From Antedon mediterranea (lineage: Eukaryota; Animalia; Echinodermata): DNA of 64,000 nt. A model generated the notes under the pieces. It saw nothing but the letters and a program-made list of their open reading frames with translations, made no database searches and was not told the DNA's origin. A program made the translations under genes and the position numbers. The first letter of the stretch is position 1, and every line of letters starts with the position of its first letter. Positions 37,883 through 50,600 of this stretch are shown piece after piece. Location of the stretch: the NCBI RefSeq assembly GCF_964355755.1, contig NC_092679.1, positions 21,373,432 through 21,437,431 on the forward strand, written 5' to 3'.

Positions 37883-38694
37883 TTAGTTTTGTTTCTGTTT
37901 CTTTACATTGGTGTACTGTAAGTTATGTGATTCAAAGAAGAAATAAAATGTATGTTCTACTCTAATTTTAATTTGTTTCTTTTGTTTAAAGTAACGTGAG
38001 ATTAGGAATCAGACAATGTGTGATGTTTTGTTCGCGCTGTCTAAATAATGTCCTTAAATAAGTTTTGATTTGACTCAATATTTCTTATTCACGACGCAAT
38101 CGTTAGTGTTATTAATAAATACTGTTTCGCTTGTTTTACGTTGTCCTAGGATGTATACTGTAGCAGGCTTACCGATAGGCGTATCTTTTCTAAAGGAACA
38201 TTTGCATAAATGTTTATAAACTATAGAGGAAGCTATAACGCATGACGTAGATTTGGAAATAATAGTTGCAGACATCGCATTTTTTTAAAGCTATCTCAAA
38301 CAGTAAAACGTAAATAACTATTGGAACTCCAAACCTAAACTAACAATAGTATGAACAATGAACACAAAATAACAATAACAATGAAGTTAATCACAGAAAC
38401 TTATTAAATTTGAGCTTCTTTATGACGATAATGATAATGATTTGGCCTACACACTTTATATGTGTTATAAGACTGGCCAAGAAGTAATAGTAGGCCTACT
38501 AAGAACGCAGGTAGTGAATCAGATCATTTAGGAATAAACACGCAATTAATTTGATTCTGACGTGTAACAATATGCAAATGAGGATATAATTGAATAACTT
38601 AAAGTTATTCGAGTAAAAATAAACTATAGGCCCAGATATTCACATGAATCGAACGAGGGGAAAAATACGTTTTATCAGGGAAGAGTGAACTCTT

Positions 38695-39360
38695 CATTTC
38701 ATTTCTTTATTCGACAACAAGCGGTCCAGGGGTTGCGACAGCAACAGAGCGCCATAACACATTTGTGTCCGCAGCCCCTGTAACATACAACATAATACAA
38801 GGTAAAAATGTAAACAACAGAATATTTAAAAATTTAATTAATTTGAATTACTATGTTACACAATTTTAAATACACCTAGACAATTAAAATAAAGTTAGCG
38901 TTTATCAAGCAGATATTTTTTCAATTTCTACAGGAAATTTTTCAAAGGAAGAGTAACTGCTTGATCTTTGATTATGGGGGTAGTGATGACCATATAACAG
39001 GAAAATTGTTGATAGACGAATATTTTAAAGTATCGGTACGTGCAAAAGGGTGGACAAATGTGAATAATTCAGGATGGCGTTGATTGATATGGATATTATA
39101 CAGTACTACAAAAAGTTACATTATAACAACAACGAAATATAAAGGAAATTAAAATCATTAAACGTCTATCACGTAAAGATAACCAACCCAAAGCTATTAT
39201 ACGTTCGTCGTATGATATAGGTCCGCAGTGGGGTCCCAGAATACGTCTAGAGGCCCGTCGCTGAACCTGTTCGAGGCGTTCTATATGTCCTCCATTTCTG
39301 GGGCCCCACGCCGGCAAACCGTACTCAAGAATAGGTAGCACCAAAGTTTTGTACAGAGTT
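38695..39360 (-). mobile_element. 5'-truncated LINE (CR1/Jockey-group ORF2 C-terminus and 3' UTR)
   Basis: LYKTLVLPILEYG..AW.P.....IERLEQVQRRASR.ILG...SY.ER...LGW.SL..RR; AATAAA and (GAAAT)n tail. Confidence 0.85.
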
Positions 39361-40102
39361 TTATCACCACAACCAACCCCTATTAAGGGAACACCCATAT
39401 AGGTAATCATTTGTTGGATAGGCCTACCAAAGGTGTCTCCTTAATACGGGTTCTACTGTAATAAGAACCTGTCTCACAGATGCAAAGATGGAAAAAATGA
39501 CGATAAATTCATATGACATTGTTTCTATACGTACATTCGTAACGAACAATACCTCAGCTAATTAATTATAACGCTGCGGCCATCATTTCCACTTTGTGTT
39601 ATTAGCTTAGATAGTATTTTTAATGCAGCATAATGTAACCCTTTTGACACCTCTGTGATAGGCCTACAGTATCCTAATTATTTTACACTCTATAATACAT
39701 TTGTTTTTATTTCATCAACTTTTTTTTTTATTATCAACGATTATATTTAAGAATATTGAACTCTTACTAGAACTGTATAACGGCAGTTATTCTTGATATT
39801 TCAACCTATAATGCTTTTACTGTGGCATATACTTCTTTCGTGGTGTTTCCGAGGAAGTTTTTTTTTTAGTTTAGTATGGAGGATAATATGTTTATTAGTT
39901 TTCTGTGTTTCATTGTAGTACAGTAGCATTGTATTGTGAAATTTAAGAAGGCCATAACATGGCTGTATTCGCGTGCGCAAATTTGAGTTAGTGTTTACCG
40001 ACCGACTGACAAAGTGAGCTACAGAGTCGCGTTGCACGCGACTAAAAGGTAAATTTACTAAAGCAAATAAGCTGATCGACAACAGGATGCATAACATTAC
40101 TC

Positions 40103-40542
40103 AATATATCTTTCAGACAGCTGCTAAACTGAGCTAAGCTAACTTATCGATAACATTATTGATAATCGATAAATAATCTATGCGTATGTTTAAAAAAAGT
40201 AAATAATCTTACATCCAAAGACATATAATTTGATATCGTGAATAACCAATATCTCTTTCAGACAGCTGCTAAACTGAGCTGAGCTAACTTATCGATAACA
40301 ATATTGATAATTGATAAATAATCTATGCGTATGTTTGAAAATAGGTCAATAATCTTACATCCAAAGACATATTATTTGATATCGTGAATAACCAATATCT
40401 CTTTTAGACAGCTGCTAAACTGAGCTGAGCTAACTTATCGATAACAATATTGATAATTGATAAATAATCTATGCGTATGTTTGAAAAAAGGTCAATAATC
40501 TTACATCCAAAGACATATTATTTGATATCGTGAATAACCAAT
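40103..40542. repeat. Three tandem copies (~145 bp) of a GATA/E-box-rich block upstream of gene B
   Basis: CAGCTGCTAAACTGAGCT at 40118, 40263, 40409; single homologous copy near 19318-19380 upstream of gene A. Confidence 0.9.
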
Positions 40543-40652
40543 GTTGCACAACAAACAATAATTATCTCATTTTCTATATAAATGGTTTAGTATTCAAGGA
40601 TTTCGAAAATTATAATCGTTTTCATCATCGTTATCCTCATCATCAACAACAA

Positions 40653-40812
40653 GTGAGTGAGTGGCCGAGCGGTTAAGACAGTGGAACCGCAATTACCTAG
40701 CCATAACAACGGCAGGGGTTCGAGGCTCACTCACTCCATGGTTCTGGTGGTAGAACGAGTCTTCTCGGATAAGGACTATAAACCGTAGGTCCAGTGTACA
40801 CATCTGGCTCAA
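40653..40812 (+). mobile_element. tRNA-derived SINE with Deu/Nin-like domain (3' truncated)
   Basis: A box TGGCCGAGCGG, B box GGTTCGAGGC, then ggataaggactataaaccgtaggtcc. Confidence 0.75.
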
Positions 40813-41566
40813 TCAATCAAACAACAATACCATCGTCCCCCATATTATAATCAATTATCATAATCGTATAATTAGGAGAGCTGATGGGAGTATGATTAGA
40901 AAATCTGAGGTGCAGGGAAAAACAAAATCATCTCCTTACCATCGTATCATTGTCTGTCAGGCAGCGCAATTGTTATTTTCCATCCTCTTCTCTTAAAACA
41001 AGGCCATATACATGGCTGCAGTCGCGCAAATTTGAGTTAGTGTTTACCGACATTTAGTCTTTACCGACCGACCGACATAGTGAGCTATAGAGTCTCGTTT
41101 CACGCGACCAAAAATAATTTAGGAAAAACGGTTCAGATAAAGCTATAGACAAGACGAACCTTTACTTAAAAGACCGCGAATTTCAATAAATCGGCAAATG
41201 CATAACATGTGGGATTGTATTTAAGGATGAATAACTTAACTTCAACGATTAAGTTTAGGAAATATTCAGCTTTTCCCCCTATATTAGAATTGTAACAGAT
41301 GGCCAATATCGTAGACACCATATCGCCATCATTTTGTCAATTTATTTAATAATATAATTTTAATACACCTAATCTAACATTAGTTATTAAATTGAAAACA
41401 GGTTCCCGTATAAGATAAACTAGAATGATTGACAAATTATATCTTTCATAAAAAAATAACATACAAATCACCAATCAAACACTATTTGTTTAACGACTAT
41501 ATAAATTGAAGTTAATATACATTATTTTACATTCGCATTTCCAAAGTGTTTTAACACTTTTTTTAA

Positions 41567-41627
41567 ATGACAGCGGAAATGTTTTACAGTACGGTTCTTT
41601 GGCTCTGCTGTGCGTGCTACGCTACAG
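41567..41627 (+). CDS. Gene B signal-peptide exon
   Basis: [23 protein letters not shown]|gtaaga. Confidence 0.8.
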
Positions 41628-44600
41628 GTAAGATTCGCTATCTGAGACCTATGTTTCAAGTTGTTGTTGCGTTGTATTGTTCTAGATGTTCCTAACAGAA
41701 TGTATCATGTTATATCTAAATGTCAATTATTCTATTTCAGCGTATTGGACACCAATGTACACAACAGAAGGTATTATTTTATTTAAATGTTGTTCTCACA
41801 TCATCATCATCAAAACGTAATTGAGAACGATATTACAAAATACGACATACTATATATTACAAATTACGACATACTATATAGGCTTATTACAAATAATATT
41901 AAAAAATAGGTAAATCTTATCTACTGTAAAATAATTGTTTCTTCTTGAAAAATTAATGATTGTATCTTGTCTGTATCGCAACAGGTAGTAGGCATACAGT
42001 TACTGTTAGCACAAGCGGTAAGTGATAAGCTCTGTCTACACATCAAACTTTATATGACAAAAAAATGTGATGTGCCCATATATGGATATGATGATGTCAT
42101 ATCACTACCATATTTGGACATACCACTACCATGGGTTTACAGTAAATTCATTAGAGCAAAAAGAAGAACAACTTTTATCTTTTACATTTGTAATGCTTGT
42201 ACATTAGGAAACATCAGACTGGTCAATGGTGGCAATTATTCCCAGGGACGAGTTGAGGTATACGATAGCGGAGAATGGGGTACGGTATGTGATGATAATT
42301 GGGGTATCAACGACGCGCAAGTTGTATGTCGACAACTAAGACTAGGACCTGCCATCGAAGCCCCACGATATGCTCATTTTGGTGAAGGGACTGGTCCAAT
42401 TATACTGGATGATGTTCAGTGTGAAGGATGGGAATCCTCTATCACAAGATGTCCTCATAATGGAATCAGGTCACACAATTGTGGGCATAGTGAGGACGCT
42501 AGTGTTATTTGTGCAATTGCAGGTAGAGTATGCCGTAGCTAGTGTAGGGAAACGTGTTTTTTTTTAAATAAATAATTTCAATAGAAAATAAAATGAAATT
42601 ACAGGAGCCTGTCAATCGTTAACGTATATTTTTTTGTTAAATTGGGAAAAAAATATCACATATATCTCTATTATTATTACGATGTTCTGTGATTTCAGCA
42701 CAAATCAAGCAACCTCCGTATGATCTATTAACAATGTTTCAGACTGTTTTAGAATTATTTCCTTACCTAGCAATAATGGCAATTTATTATAATTTCACAT
42801 GGAGAATTATTATATTGGTCATTATAGGCTATAACAGTATATTATTTTGTTCATTACTTACGTAAAATACAGTAGTTTTTTTTATAAATTCTTGTATAGA
42901 TGAACCTTTCACTACAGATACAGTTACTGAACGGAGTAGCACAACCGGTAAGTAATACGCTAGGGTACAAGAATTTCACATTTTTCAATTTACGTATAAA
43001 GTGATATACGAAAATACAAAATAGCCCGGATACGCACGCTAACGTTCTTCATCTCGTCAAGTCAGTACTAAACAAGGCCATATACATGATTGAAGTCGCG
43101 TGCGCAAATTTGAGTTAGTGTTTACCGACCGACCGACAAACCGACCGAAATAGTGAGCTGCACGCGACTAAACATATTTAGCCGTTTTAAATGATTGTAA
43201 TATTATTTTATTTATTTCTTAAACAAAAAGACATGTTTCAGTATATACTATTATTTACTAGGCTTAATGCAAAACTCAATAATATAATTATTATTATTAC
43301 ATTATAATCTTTACTGTAAAGACTTGTTTGTTAGAGTCTTCATAAAGGTACACAGCTGCTCATCTTACAGTATTATTGTTTTATTATAGTTAACGCTGAT
43401 ATACGAACAAATTTCCAGTATGGCTTTGATGGATGGACTCAAGAATCTTTTGATGATTTTGATTGGACACGTATCTCTGACAATACGGCAACGTATAATA
43501 CTGGACCCACAAACGGTCATTCGGGTTATGGAAGTAAGTTATAAACTGGACCCACAAACGGTCATTCGGGTTATGCAAGTAAGTTATATACTGGACCCAC
43601 AAACGGTCATTCGGGTTATGCAAGTAAGTTCTATACTGGACCCACAAACGGTCATTCGGGTTATGCAAGTAAGTTATATACTGGACCCACAAACGGTCAT
43701 TCGGGTTATGCAAGTAAGTTATATACTGGACCCACAAACGGTCATTCGGGTTATGCAAGTAAGTTATATACTGGACCCACAAACGGTCATTCGGGTTATG
43801 CAAGTAAGTTATATACTGGACCCACAAACGGTCATTCGGGTTATGCAAGTAAGTTTTATACTGGACCCACAAACGGTCATTCGGGTTATGCAAGTAAGTT
43901 ATATACTGGACCCACAAACGGTCATTCGGGTTATGCAAGTAAGTTATATACTGGACCCACAAACGGTCATTCGGGTTATGCAAGTAAGTTATATACTGGA
44001 CCCACAAACGGTCATTCGGGTTATGCAAGTAAGTTCTATACTGGACCCACAAACGGTCATTCGGGTTATGCAAGTAAGTTATATACTGGACCCACAAACG
44101 GTCATTCGGGTTATGCAAGTAAGTTTTATACTGGACCCACAAACGGTCATTCGGGTTATGCAAGTAAGTTATATACTGGACCCACAAACGGTCATTCGGG
44201 TTATGCAAGTAAGTTCTATACTGGACCCACAAACGGTCATTCGGGTTATGCAAGTAAGTTCTATACTGGACCCACAAACGGTCATTCGGGTTGTGGAAGT
44301 ACGTTATAGGAACTACAACGTTTGTAGAACATCCTGCGATTAATTAGTTTTAGTCATTTTTTTAATGTATTATATTGAGTTTTTTTTTTAAACATGCCAT
44401 TTCAATATCTCATAATAGTTATTTATTTTTAAATTTAAATTTAGATTTAGATTAAAAATTTATATATTTACCTGCCAGTCAATTGTGATTGCTTTATATT
44501 TATTTATTAGTTATTCAACCATGCGGAAGCTGATTTTAAGGGGCCCCTCAACAATACGACATAAAACGTAACAAGTAAAAATATAATACAATAGTTAAAA

Positions 44601-47600
44601 TTGAATAATGAATAAATATAAAAATGTAAATAGAAAGGCAAAAAAGTAAAAGGTCAGGAAGATAAACATTTAAAAAGTTTCATTATTAAGCATAACATTC
44701 TTTAATTTACTTTTAAAATTTAAAAATTATAATGGACTCGGATTTTATTAATCTTCATTGTTTATGTTTTTGGAGAACAATACATAAAGCGACTTTTATT
44801 TTAGACCAACAACAATAACAACAGCAACAACAATAACAATAATAACAATAACAACAACAATGACAACAATAACAATAACAACAACAATAACAACAACAAC
44901 AACAATAACAACAACAATAACAACAATAACAACAACAATAACAACAATAACAACAACAATAACAACAATAACAACAACAATAACAACAATAACAATAACA
45001 ACATTAACAACATTAACAACAACAATAACAACAATAACATTAACAACAACAATAACAACAATAACATTAACAACAACAATAACAACAATAACATTAACAA
45101 CAACAATAACAACAATAACATTAACAACAACAATAACAACAATAACATTAACAACAACAATAACAACAATAACAACAACAATAACAACAACAACAACAAC
45201 AACAATAACAACAATAACAACATTAACAACAACAACAACAACAGCAACAACAACAACAACAACAACATTAACAACAACAACAATAACAACATTAACAACA
45301 TTAACAACAACAACAACAATAACAACAATAACAACAACAATAACAACAATAACAATAACAACAATAATAACAACAATAACAACAATAACAATAACAACAA
45401 TAACAACAACAATAACAACAACAACAATAACAACAACGTGGTTTACGTTTGATTTTCTTTAAGATGATTATTACGTTTACATTGAAACATCATCCGTAAG
45501 TAATGGAATGTCAGCTCGTCTTAGAAGTCCATCGCTACCACAAAAGCAAGGTTTATCCTTATCATTCTACTATCATATGCACGGCTCTACAATTGGAACA
45601 CTCAACGTTTACAGAAAATCAAACTTGGGTGACCAATTGTTATGGTCAAAAAATGGTAACCAAAGCAATGTGTGGCATGCTGGTACAGTAGAGTTCGCAC
45701 ACAATGGTTATGGAAACAACTATATCGTATTCGAAGGCATTGGAGGAAGTTCATATACTGGTGATATTGCTATTGATGATATTTCAATTGGTGGTAAGTA
45801 AAAACATTTTAAGTTCTGTCTAAACTATCAAACTAGTTTGACAAAAAAAAGTGCCCAAATATGGTAGTGATATGACATCATCATGTCCATATATGGGCAC
45901 ATCACACTTTTTTCACATAACGTTTCATAGTGTAGACAGACCTTTAGTCTTACTTGTATTATGATCATTAATGGCAATTGTTGAAGCCTTTCAGTACTCT
46001 CTTCAATACTTTATTGATGCCTATAAAGCCGATTTTCCACTAGGCGAATTTGTTCTACAACTTTAATACAGTATTTTACATATTTACTACAGTATTTTAC
46101 AATTTTTCTACAGTGTTTTAATAATATTAACTGGTACTTGATATTAGCGCATTATGCTGAAAGCCTCAATGCGTTTTACATAGACAGAAACATTTTGAAA
46201 AATCAAAAATCAAAAGGTGGCTTTTGAGGAGAGATTTGAAGACACTAGTGGAAGTTGCCTGACGGATTTCAATAGGCAAGCATTCCAAAGAGAAACGGAT
46301 GCCGAAGAAAATGAACGATTTCCATAAAACTTAGTGAAAGGATGAAATATATGGGCAAGAAGAGACTCAGATCCTGATCTCAAAGACCTCTTAGGAACAA
46401 TGTTACTACTGTACTCTAGTAACCATCTTGTTTATGCAATACTGTACATTATTACTGTATCTTGAATAAAATACTTTTTAAGAACTCTACAAATTAATTA
46501 TTCTCTCAACTATTCCCATTGTTGTAGCTATACTAACATAATACTTCTCTTTCGCTCTCTTTATGCACGACGTTTTATAATATTTTTTCGCATTTGTATA
46601 GCATAGATATCAAAGAACAACTATTATATTTGATCATGATTCTTACAGGTGGTATACCATTCACTGCAATGCCAATCTCTACAGATTATCACATTACAGG
46701 TAAGGATAACATCTATAAATGCGACACATGTACGAAGGGACAAAAAAAAAATGTGACGCTGATAGTCCTGGTACGCATGCGTATTGTGCTATAGTTTCAT
46801 TTAAGACAAGTTAGCTCTAATTTAATGTTTCAATAAAGGCGTGAATGACCAAGTATATTTGCAGTTTCTGTAGGCCTAATGATATTTTCTTAATTAGGTG
46901 ATCATTTAGAATAAAATGATCCTTTTTTTTCGTATAATTACATAAAATGAGTTTTTTCTCTGTATTATTTATATATATATATATATATTTCTATTATTAA
47001 TTTGTATAACTTTTGCCTAAAGACGAACCTTCAAGTAGACCTACAGATAAGGTTACTGAACGTGATAGAACAAGTAAGTTTAATTTGTATGATAATAAAA
47101 AATAATTATGTTATGTTAGACACCAATGAATCCGAATATACACCCACAAAACAATGATATATATAGACCTTTCTTTACCCGAACTATAAATTATTACGAT
47201 GTGATTACACATCTTTTAACTTGGTTTATTTAAATGAAATAATTAAAGATGGTATATTGCTTTCTTAAATATATTAATTGTTAATATAATCAGTAATTGA
47301 AATAATTGGTTTATTTCCTGAAAATGATCAGTACATTTGTTTTTATAATTTATAGATGAACCTTTCACTACATCTCCGATTACTCAATGGCATAGAAGAA
47401 CAGGTAACATCAATCATCAATTTTTAGTTTTAAACATAAGTTGCACTTAACCTTGTTTCCCTAAATGCATCTTCTATTGTTTAATTATTTGATAACTATA
47501 ATTAAACAATAAACTTTATATAGACTTAAACCATTATGTTAATATATATTTATCTATATACGTTTTATCTGTTGTGATGAAATTAAATTTTGAATTGAAA

Positions 47601-50600
47601 TGGAATTGAATAGTAAAGAAATCGGCTATTATATATGGCTAACCCAATAATTAAGTTTTAGATTAAAGATTAGGTTTATACTTATGAAGAAACACAAACA
47701 GTATGTGACGTTTATAAATAATAAAATAGTCCTGGTACGCATGCGTTAACCTTCTGTCTCTCGCACTGGTGTAATTTAGACCGAATATGTCAATCACACA
47801 AGGCATTGACGACCAAGTATATGTTTAGCTGTTTTAACCGGTAAATAATTGAGTAATATATTTGAAATTGTCCATTCTCGTTATGTTACTTTCTTACTTA
47901 TTTTTTCTTCTATTTTCTCGTAGGATGGCCCGTAACATCACCAAACTATAACATGGAGACAACCAGTGGTAAATTTAACATTATCTGATTACGGGTCCTG
48001 TGTTATGAAGAACATTCTGAAATACTTAACAAAACGAAATCATTTATTGATTGTTATATTTGACTAACATAAAACACTGCAACTGATAACTACGGTACTG
48101 AACAAATATGTCAACAAAAGTCTAAATTTCAATTGTATACACACACACAATAACAATTTCCTATAAGCATACTTATTACGTACATTGGGTATGATAACGA
48201 AATCATAATTTAGTTATGGCAGATTTAGAGGCTGAATTTCGATCACCTTTACACTCTATTAAATTATGAATGTTAATGTCCTTTATTAGTATTATTATTT
48301 AAACACATTACGCCCGGGCCATAACCATATCCCCTACACCCACCTGATCGCATGTGAAAAATCAATTATATATATACATTGGTTGTTCTATTGTAAATCT
48401 GATATTGTTCAATGACCCATTCATGGAGCAGAAATGCGTGAGATGTATAATAATGAACAGATAACGGTGTTTCTCTTTTTAGGTCCTTCACAGCCAAATA
48501 TAACCGAAACATTTCTCTGTGGAAATGAAACCCACATCATAACATCGCCTGGATATCCAAACCAATATGGAAACAACCAGTACATCGAATGGCCATTCAC
48601 TACTCACGTCGGAAGCTTGCTCTCTGTAGAATTCTACGATTTTGATCTTGAGGGATGGTGCGACTATGTCACTATTTACAGTGACGGAGGAATTATTGGT
48701 AGATTTAGTGGTTCCAGTACGCCACCAATAACCATATCTACCAACAACACAATTAAGATAGTCTTCACCACAGATGGTAGTGTGGTAGAGAACGGATTTC
48801 AGGCTAAAGTACGTGTTTATCCTGAAGCTCCAGGTAGGTATACATTCATATTATGGAGTTTAATATGTATTATTTCCTGCGCATGTCAGATTGGACATAC
48901 TTTTACCGGACAAAAGGACCGTGAATTTCGTCCTTTTTAATTGAATGTGAACTGGAGACATCAAATCTCCCTCAGCCTTTAAAGTATGGCTCTTCTAGAT
49001 GGCAGGAAATTGCACTCTCATATATTTTTCAGAGGGAAGATCCCTCAAATGGCCGAGCGGTTAAGGCAGGGGCGCCGTTTACCGTACCTAAAGAGCCAAC
49101 AACATCGGCAAGGGTTCGAAGCTGACTCGCTCCTAGTTCTGGTGGTGGAACAAGGCTTCTCGGATAAGGACTAAAACCGTGGAGGTCCAGTGTACACAGT
49201 TATAACCTGTGTGTACTTTAAAGAACCCAGTTCATTATTCGAAAAAGTAGGGGGTTACCCCGGTGAACTAGTTCACAAAATAGCCCCTGTATCAAGGGGA
49301 TTACCACCTATCTGACAGGACAGTGATTAATTCACTATTGGTAATCCTTGGCCACATTGCCTAAAGACATAAACAAAAAAATAAAAAATACCCCTCTGTC
49401 TTTTCCTACCGTAGCGTTAACCCACATCTTGTTATTATTATTATATAAATTCTTCCGAATGGAGGACAGTGATAGAATAGATTTTCAAAAATTAAGTTTT
49501 CAAAAGTGAATGTTTGAGAAGGTGAGAACACGGTGTGTGTTTTTCAATTTATTTTTGTTACACTTCATCGATCATCTGAGCGAAATTTCTTCAATCCACA
49601 GATGGTTTTTGTTCTGATTTCAACAATGGATTTTCTGGCTGGAATCATTCTTATAGTTACAATCATTGGATGAGATCCTCTGAAAGACAAAGACATTATA
49701 ACGACAGCGATTTAGGAAACCGTTACTCAGGATCAGGTAAAACTATATACAAGTAAATGTCTTTGTTGCTACCCATTATAATAATTATTCTAGATTACAT
49801 ATTACACCGATAGCTTTATCGAACGATCATATTTTTACGGCATTGGCTTGACATAGTCTACGGCTTAATATAGTTAGTTTCACGAAGCTTTGTTCATCAA
49901 CAGAATATCACCGAAATCGTTGTGAAGGTTTATTCATTAAATTGTACTTTCAGATAATTATTTCATCTATGTTGCAAGCAACTACGGTGAAATTGGATCC
50001 GAATATGGCAATCTTGACAGTCCATATCTACCAGACAGATGGAATGAAGTGTGCCTTAGATTTTATTATTACATGAGTGAAGATGTTAATCAATACATTT
50101 ATGTATATGAGTATTCTAACTACGGAGGACATAGAGTGTTCACTGAGTATGCTGATTATAGTCGACAATGGAAGTCTGCAAGTGTTACTATCAATACTTC
50201 CAATAAATATAATTCTTACTTGAGAATTATCGGTAGAGCACATAGTACCTTTTATTACGATACAGAAGAGATAATTGCTGTTGACGATATTTATATTAGT
50301 GAAGGCGCATGCTCAGATTATCCAGGTAAGTAGGACAAACAGTTATACTATTATGCAAACGCCAATGAATCCAAGACAGTACATAAACAATGTTTAAATA
50401 AGTGAACACTGGAACTATAAAATATATTATATAACACCCAAATAAATTCCTGTAATTTGATTGGACGATTGTGGGTCAAATAGCGTTCAATAGTACGCAC
50501 TATTTAACGATCGTTAAATAGTACTTGTTAGTACTTACTTACAATGCAAAAAGTCGTTTAATTATCACTAAAGTTGTTTATTGAACTTTTTGTCTATAGA

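Noticed and set aside
40653-40740. Possible tRNA gene
   Set aside because: Has A/B boxes but continues into a SINE body shared with 49040-49389; no clean cloverleaf
43390-44343. 295-aa and 307-aa repetitive ORFs; superficial CRISPR-like periodicity
   Set aside because: These are stop-free frames of a 45-bp tandem repeat with no unique spacers; the true exon frame is a third one, and the context is eukaryotic
44801-45462. Poly-Leu/poly-Thr ORFs as a mucin exon
   Set aside because: Microsatellite by-product; the upstream AG (44804) in phase 1 hits TAA at once, and the tract lies inside a split MAM domain
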